Origin: Negaprion brevirostris | Lineage: Eukaryota | Assembly (NCBI GenBank): GCA_030324005.1 | Contig: JARDVH010000099.1 | Location: 11,875,723 to 11,939,722, forward strand | Reading direction: 5' to 3' | DNA: 64,000 nt | In this document: piece by piece, positions 61,546 to 64,000 of the stretch | Layout: the number at the start of each line of letters is the position of its first letter | Numbering within the stretch: position 1 is the stretch's first letter | Made by a program: the position numbers and the translations under genes | Notes under the pieces: generated by a model | What the model was told of the DNA's origin: nothing | Databases searched by the model: none | The model's input: only the letters and a program-made list of their open reading frames with translations

Positions 61546-61944
61546 CTGTACAGGATTGAACATAAAAAAAAGGCACAATGCATAAATAAAGTTCTGCCAA
61601 TGAATCGTCTCAGATATCCCTTAAAATTTAGCACAAGAAAGTAACTGCCGAAAGTTAAGTTTCAATGGCATATGAACATGAGGTAGCATAGCATTGGTGA
61701 AAAGACAACTTAAGTATAACACAGCAAAAGATGACAGGCTATCTCCAAGTATTTGAACACCACTTTGGGCTTGGCAGGTGGAATTTCAGGAAGAATATTG
61801 CGGTCTTGGTGGTGGGGGATGGCATGGGAGGTGGGTGAGGCAGTGATTCACCAAAATGGTACCAACAGAATTGAGCTATGAGGACAAGAATTAAATAGTT
61901 CAGAAGGCTTGTATTCCCTTGAGCCCATCAGTTTAATAAGTGTA

Positions 61945-62170
61945 AAGTTTATTTATTAATCACAAGTAAGGCTCACATTAAAACTGCAAGAAGGCACTGT
62001 GAAAGTCCCCTAGTTGCCACAGTCCACTGCCTGTTTGGATCAATGCCTAAGCAGCATGTCTTTCAAAACGTGGGAGGAAACCTACGCAGACACGGGAAAA
62101 GCTCCACACAGTCAGTGACCCAAGCCGGGAATTGAACCCAGGTCCCTGGCACTGTGAAGCAGCAGTGCTG
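61945..62170 (-). mobile_element. HE1-related SINE inserted in a plus-strand CR1 remnant (about 61740-62520)
   Basis: Reverse SINE copy; the CR1 sequence resumes on both sides. Confidence 0.8.
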
Positions 62171-62549
62171 CCCAATGGGTGATAGAAGTGTGCTGAATGA
62201 TTTGATAGGATGGACAGATGGAAACTATTTCCAAAAGTGANNNNNNNNNNGAGGGAATCCAGAATAGGGAGTGTAACTTTAAAATTCAATCTGAACTATT
62301 CAGGAGCGATACCACAAAGCATTTTTTCACATAAGGGCAGTGAAAATCTGGAACATTTTCCTTCAAAGAACTGTTGCAGCTAAATCAGTTAAAAATTTCA
62401 AAACTGGAATTGTCAAATTCTGTTATGCAAACCTACATGAGGATCAGATTGGTGCAGTTAAGATAGATCGGTCATGATCTAATTTAATGGCAGACTATTC
62501 CGAGAGGGTGAATGGCTAACAAAGTGAAATAAATTCTGAGCCATCGAAA

Positions 62550-62920
62550 TAGGAACAGAGTGGGCCAGTCAGCTCCTCAAACCTAATATCAAGGCTGTGG
62601 CTGATCTTGTACCTCAGTTACAGCTTCAAGTGCTCTCCCCATATCCCATGATTTTCTTAGGATCTAAAAATTTGATATCTAACTTGAATATATTCAATAG
62701 CTGAGCATCCCAAGTTTTCTGAAGTATAGAACTCCAAAGGTTTACAACCCTGTTGGGTGAAAAAAATGTCTGAACGGCCATCTGTTGTTTTGAAACTGTG
62801 ACCATTAGTTCTTGGCGCTCCAACCAGAGGAAATAGTCCCCCAACATCTACTTTGTTAAGCCCATTAATAATTTTATGTTTCAAAAGAGATCATCTCTCG
62901 TTCTTTTAAACTCTAAACGG
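62550..62920 (-). mobile_element. CR1 3' end
   Basis: ORFs KIINGLNKVDVGGLFPLV and NRVVNLWSSI. Confidence 0.7.
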
Positions 62921-62939
62921 GTTAGTACATCCCCCACAC

Positions 62940-63172
62940 AGATGTTCACAAGGCGCAGGATCTATGTTTCAGTAAAGTAAAATGAGAGTGTCCCTGGTGT
63001 CCAGCCCAATATTTATTCCTTAAATCAACATCACTAAAACAGAATTTGGTCATGTTTTTGGGACTGTTGTACAGTAGCTTTCGGCCACATTTCCTGCAAT
63101 GCAGAGGTACAAGAAAACTTCAAAAGCCCCTTGGGATTGTTAAAAGTACTATATAAACGCAAGTTCTTTTGA
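62940..63172 (+). mobile_element. DeuSINE core and tail
   Basis: ccctggtgtccagcccaatatttattccttaaatcaacatcactaaaacaga..ctatataaacgcaagttcttt. Confidence 0.7.
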
Positions 63173-63879
63173 GTCTACCTTGCATTTTATGAATGCAGAG
63201 CAATTAACAGAGTTTAGGTTTAAAAGAGCCCCCACATTTTATGAACGGTGCATTCCCCACTCCAATCATTTCCCATAAGGATTTCTCTCAAGTTCTCTTC
63301 TGTTCATAATCAGGTCTCATCTGCATTAGTAATCAGGTCAAAGTTCAAGTCTAGTTAACTCCACCCAAGTTATACTGAAGTCTGCAATTTACTGTCTATT
63401 TGCTGTGCAGATGCCAATTTCCCTGATGCTGGAATACTTGAATATACTTTTAATAAGAATAAATTTTCCATGATTCTGTAAACCCATGGATCTCGGCAAT
63501 AGAACTGAGGAACAAGAAGAGCACAAATGAGATGGGAGGCAGTGAACTTGCAGCACTACTACTGTCATTCAGATCTGGTGACAAAGCTGGTGTTGCTGTT
63601 TTGGAGAGGCTGAATATCAGCTCTCTACCTTCCTCCAGACTGTGACTAAACACTGCCACCATTTCCAAGGCTGTCACTATCTATTGACAGATGATCTATC
63701 TTCTCTGCCAATCACAAGCTTCTGGAGTTCTGCTTTTTCATCAAGTGAATCCACACAAACTCGTTGGACATTAACCTGGTGATCAGGCTTTTGAATGGAC
63801 CTACCATACATTAATTTGATCTTTATCCACATTCTATGAATGTAACATTGCATTCTCACCTCCTTCTCCCCTACATATA

Positions 63880-64000
63880 GGTGGCATAGTAGCTAGCCTT
63901 GCTGCCATACAGCACCAGGGACCAAGGTCCATTTCCCAGCTTAGGCCCAGAATGTGGAGTCTGCATATTCTCCCCGTGTCTGCATGGGTTTCCTACCACA
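63880..64000 (+). mobile_element. HE1-type SINE 5' part (runs off the window)
   Basis: ggtggcatagtagctagc..ctgcatattctccccgtgtctgcatgggtttcct. Confidence 0.8.

Overview
This is a vertebrate genomic window, inferred from its repeat families to be a cartilaginous fish (shark), from a gapped draft assembly. It is dominated by the minus-strand xrn2 gene (5'-3' exoribonuclease 2). I hand-translated 27 consecutive GT-AG coding exons, equivalent to human exons 2-28 (61545 down to 7905; 2585 nt; frame and phases consistent). Exon 1 lies beyond the right edge, and I could not find exons 29-30, which probably lie left of the window. The introns carry CR1, L2, Rex1/Babar-like and Penelope-like retroelements, HE1-type, Deu-type and other tRNA-derived SINEs, a Tigger-like MITE, a decayed tRNA-Lys(CTT) and several enhancer-like non-repetitive blocks. 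The most unusual object is at about 4800-5260. It is a minus-strand, highly structured RNA cassette with a remodelled U2 snRNA 5' stem-loop, two duplicated hairpin modules and an snRNA-type upstream promoter (PSE-like motif at -55, CCAAT boxes), joined to the 5' UTR of a near full-length CR1 and apparently nested in a Penelope-like element. Comparisons to human XRN2 and to repeat consensuses are from memory, and repeat boundaries are approximate.
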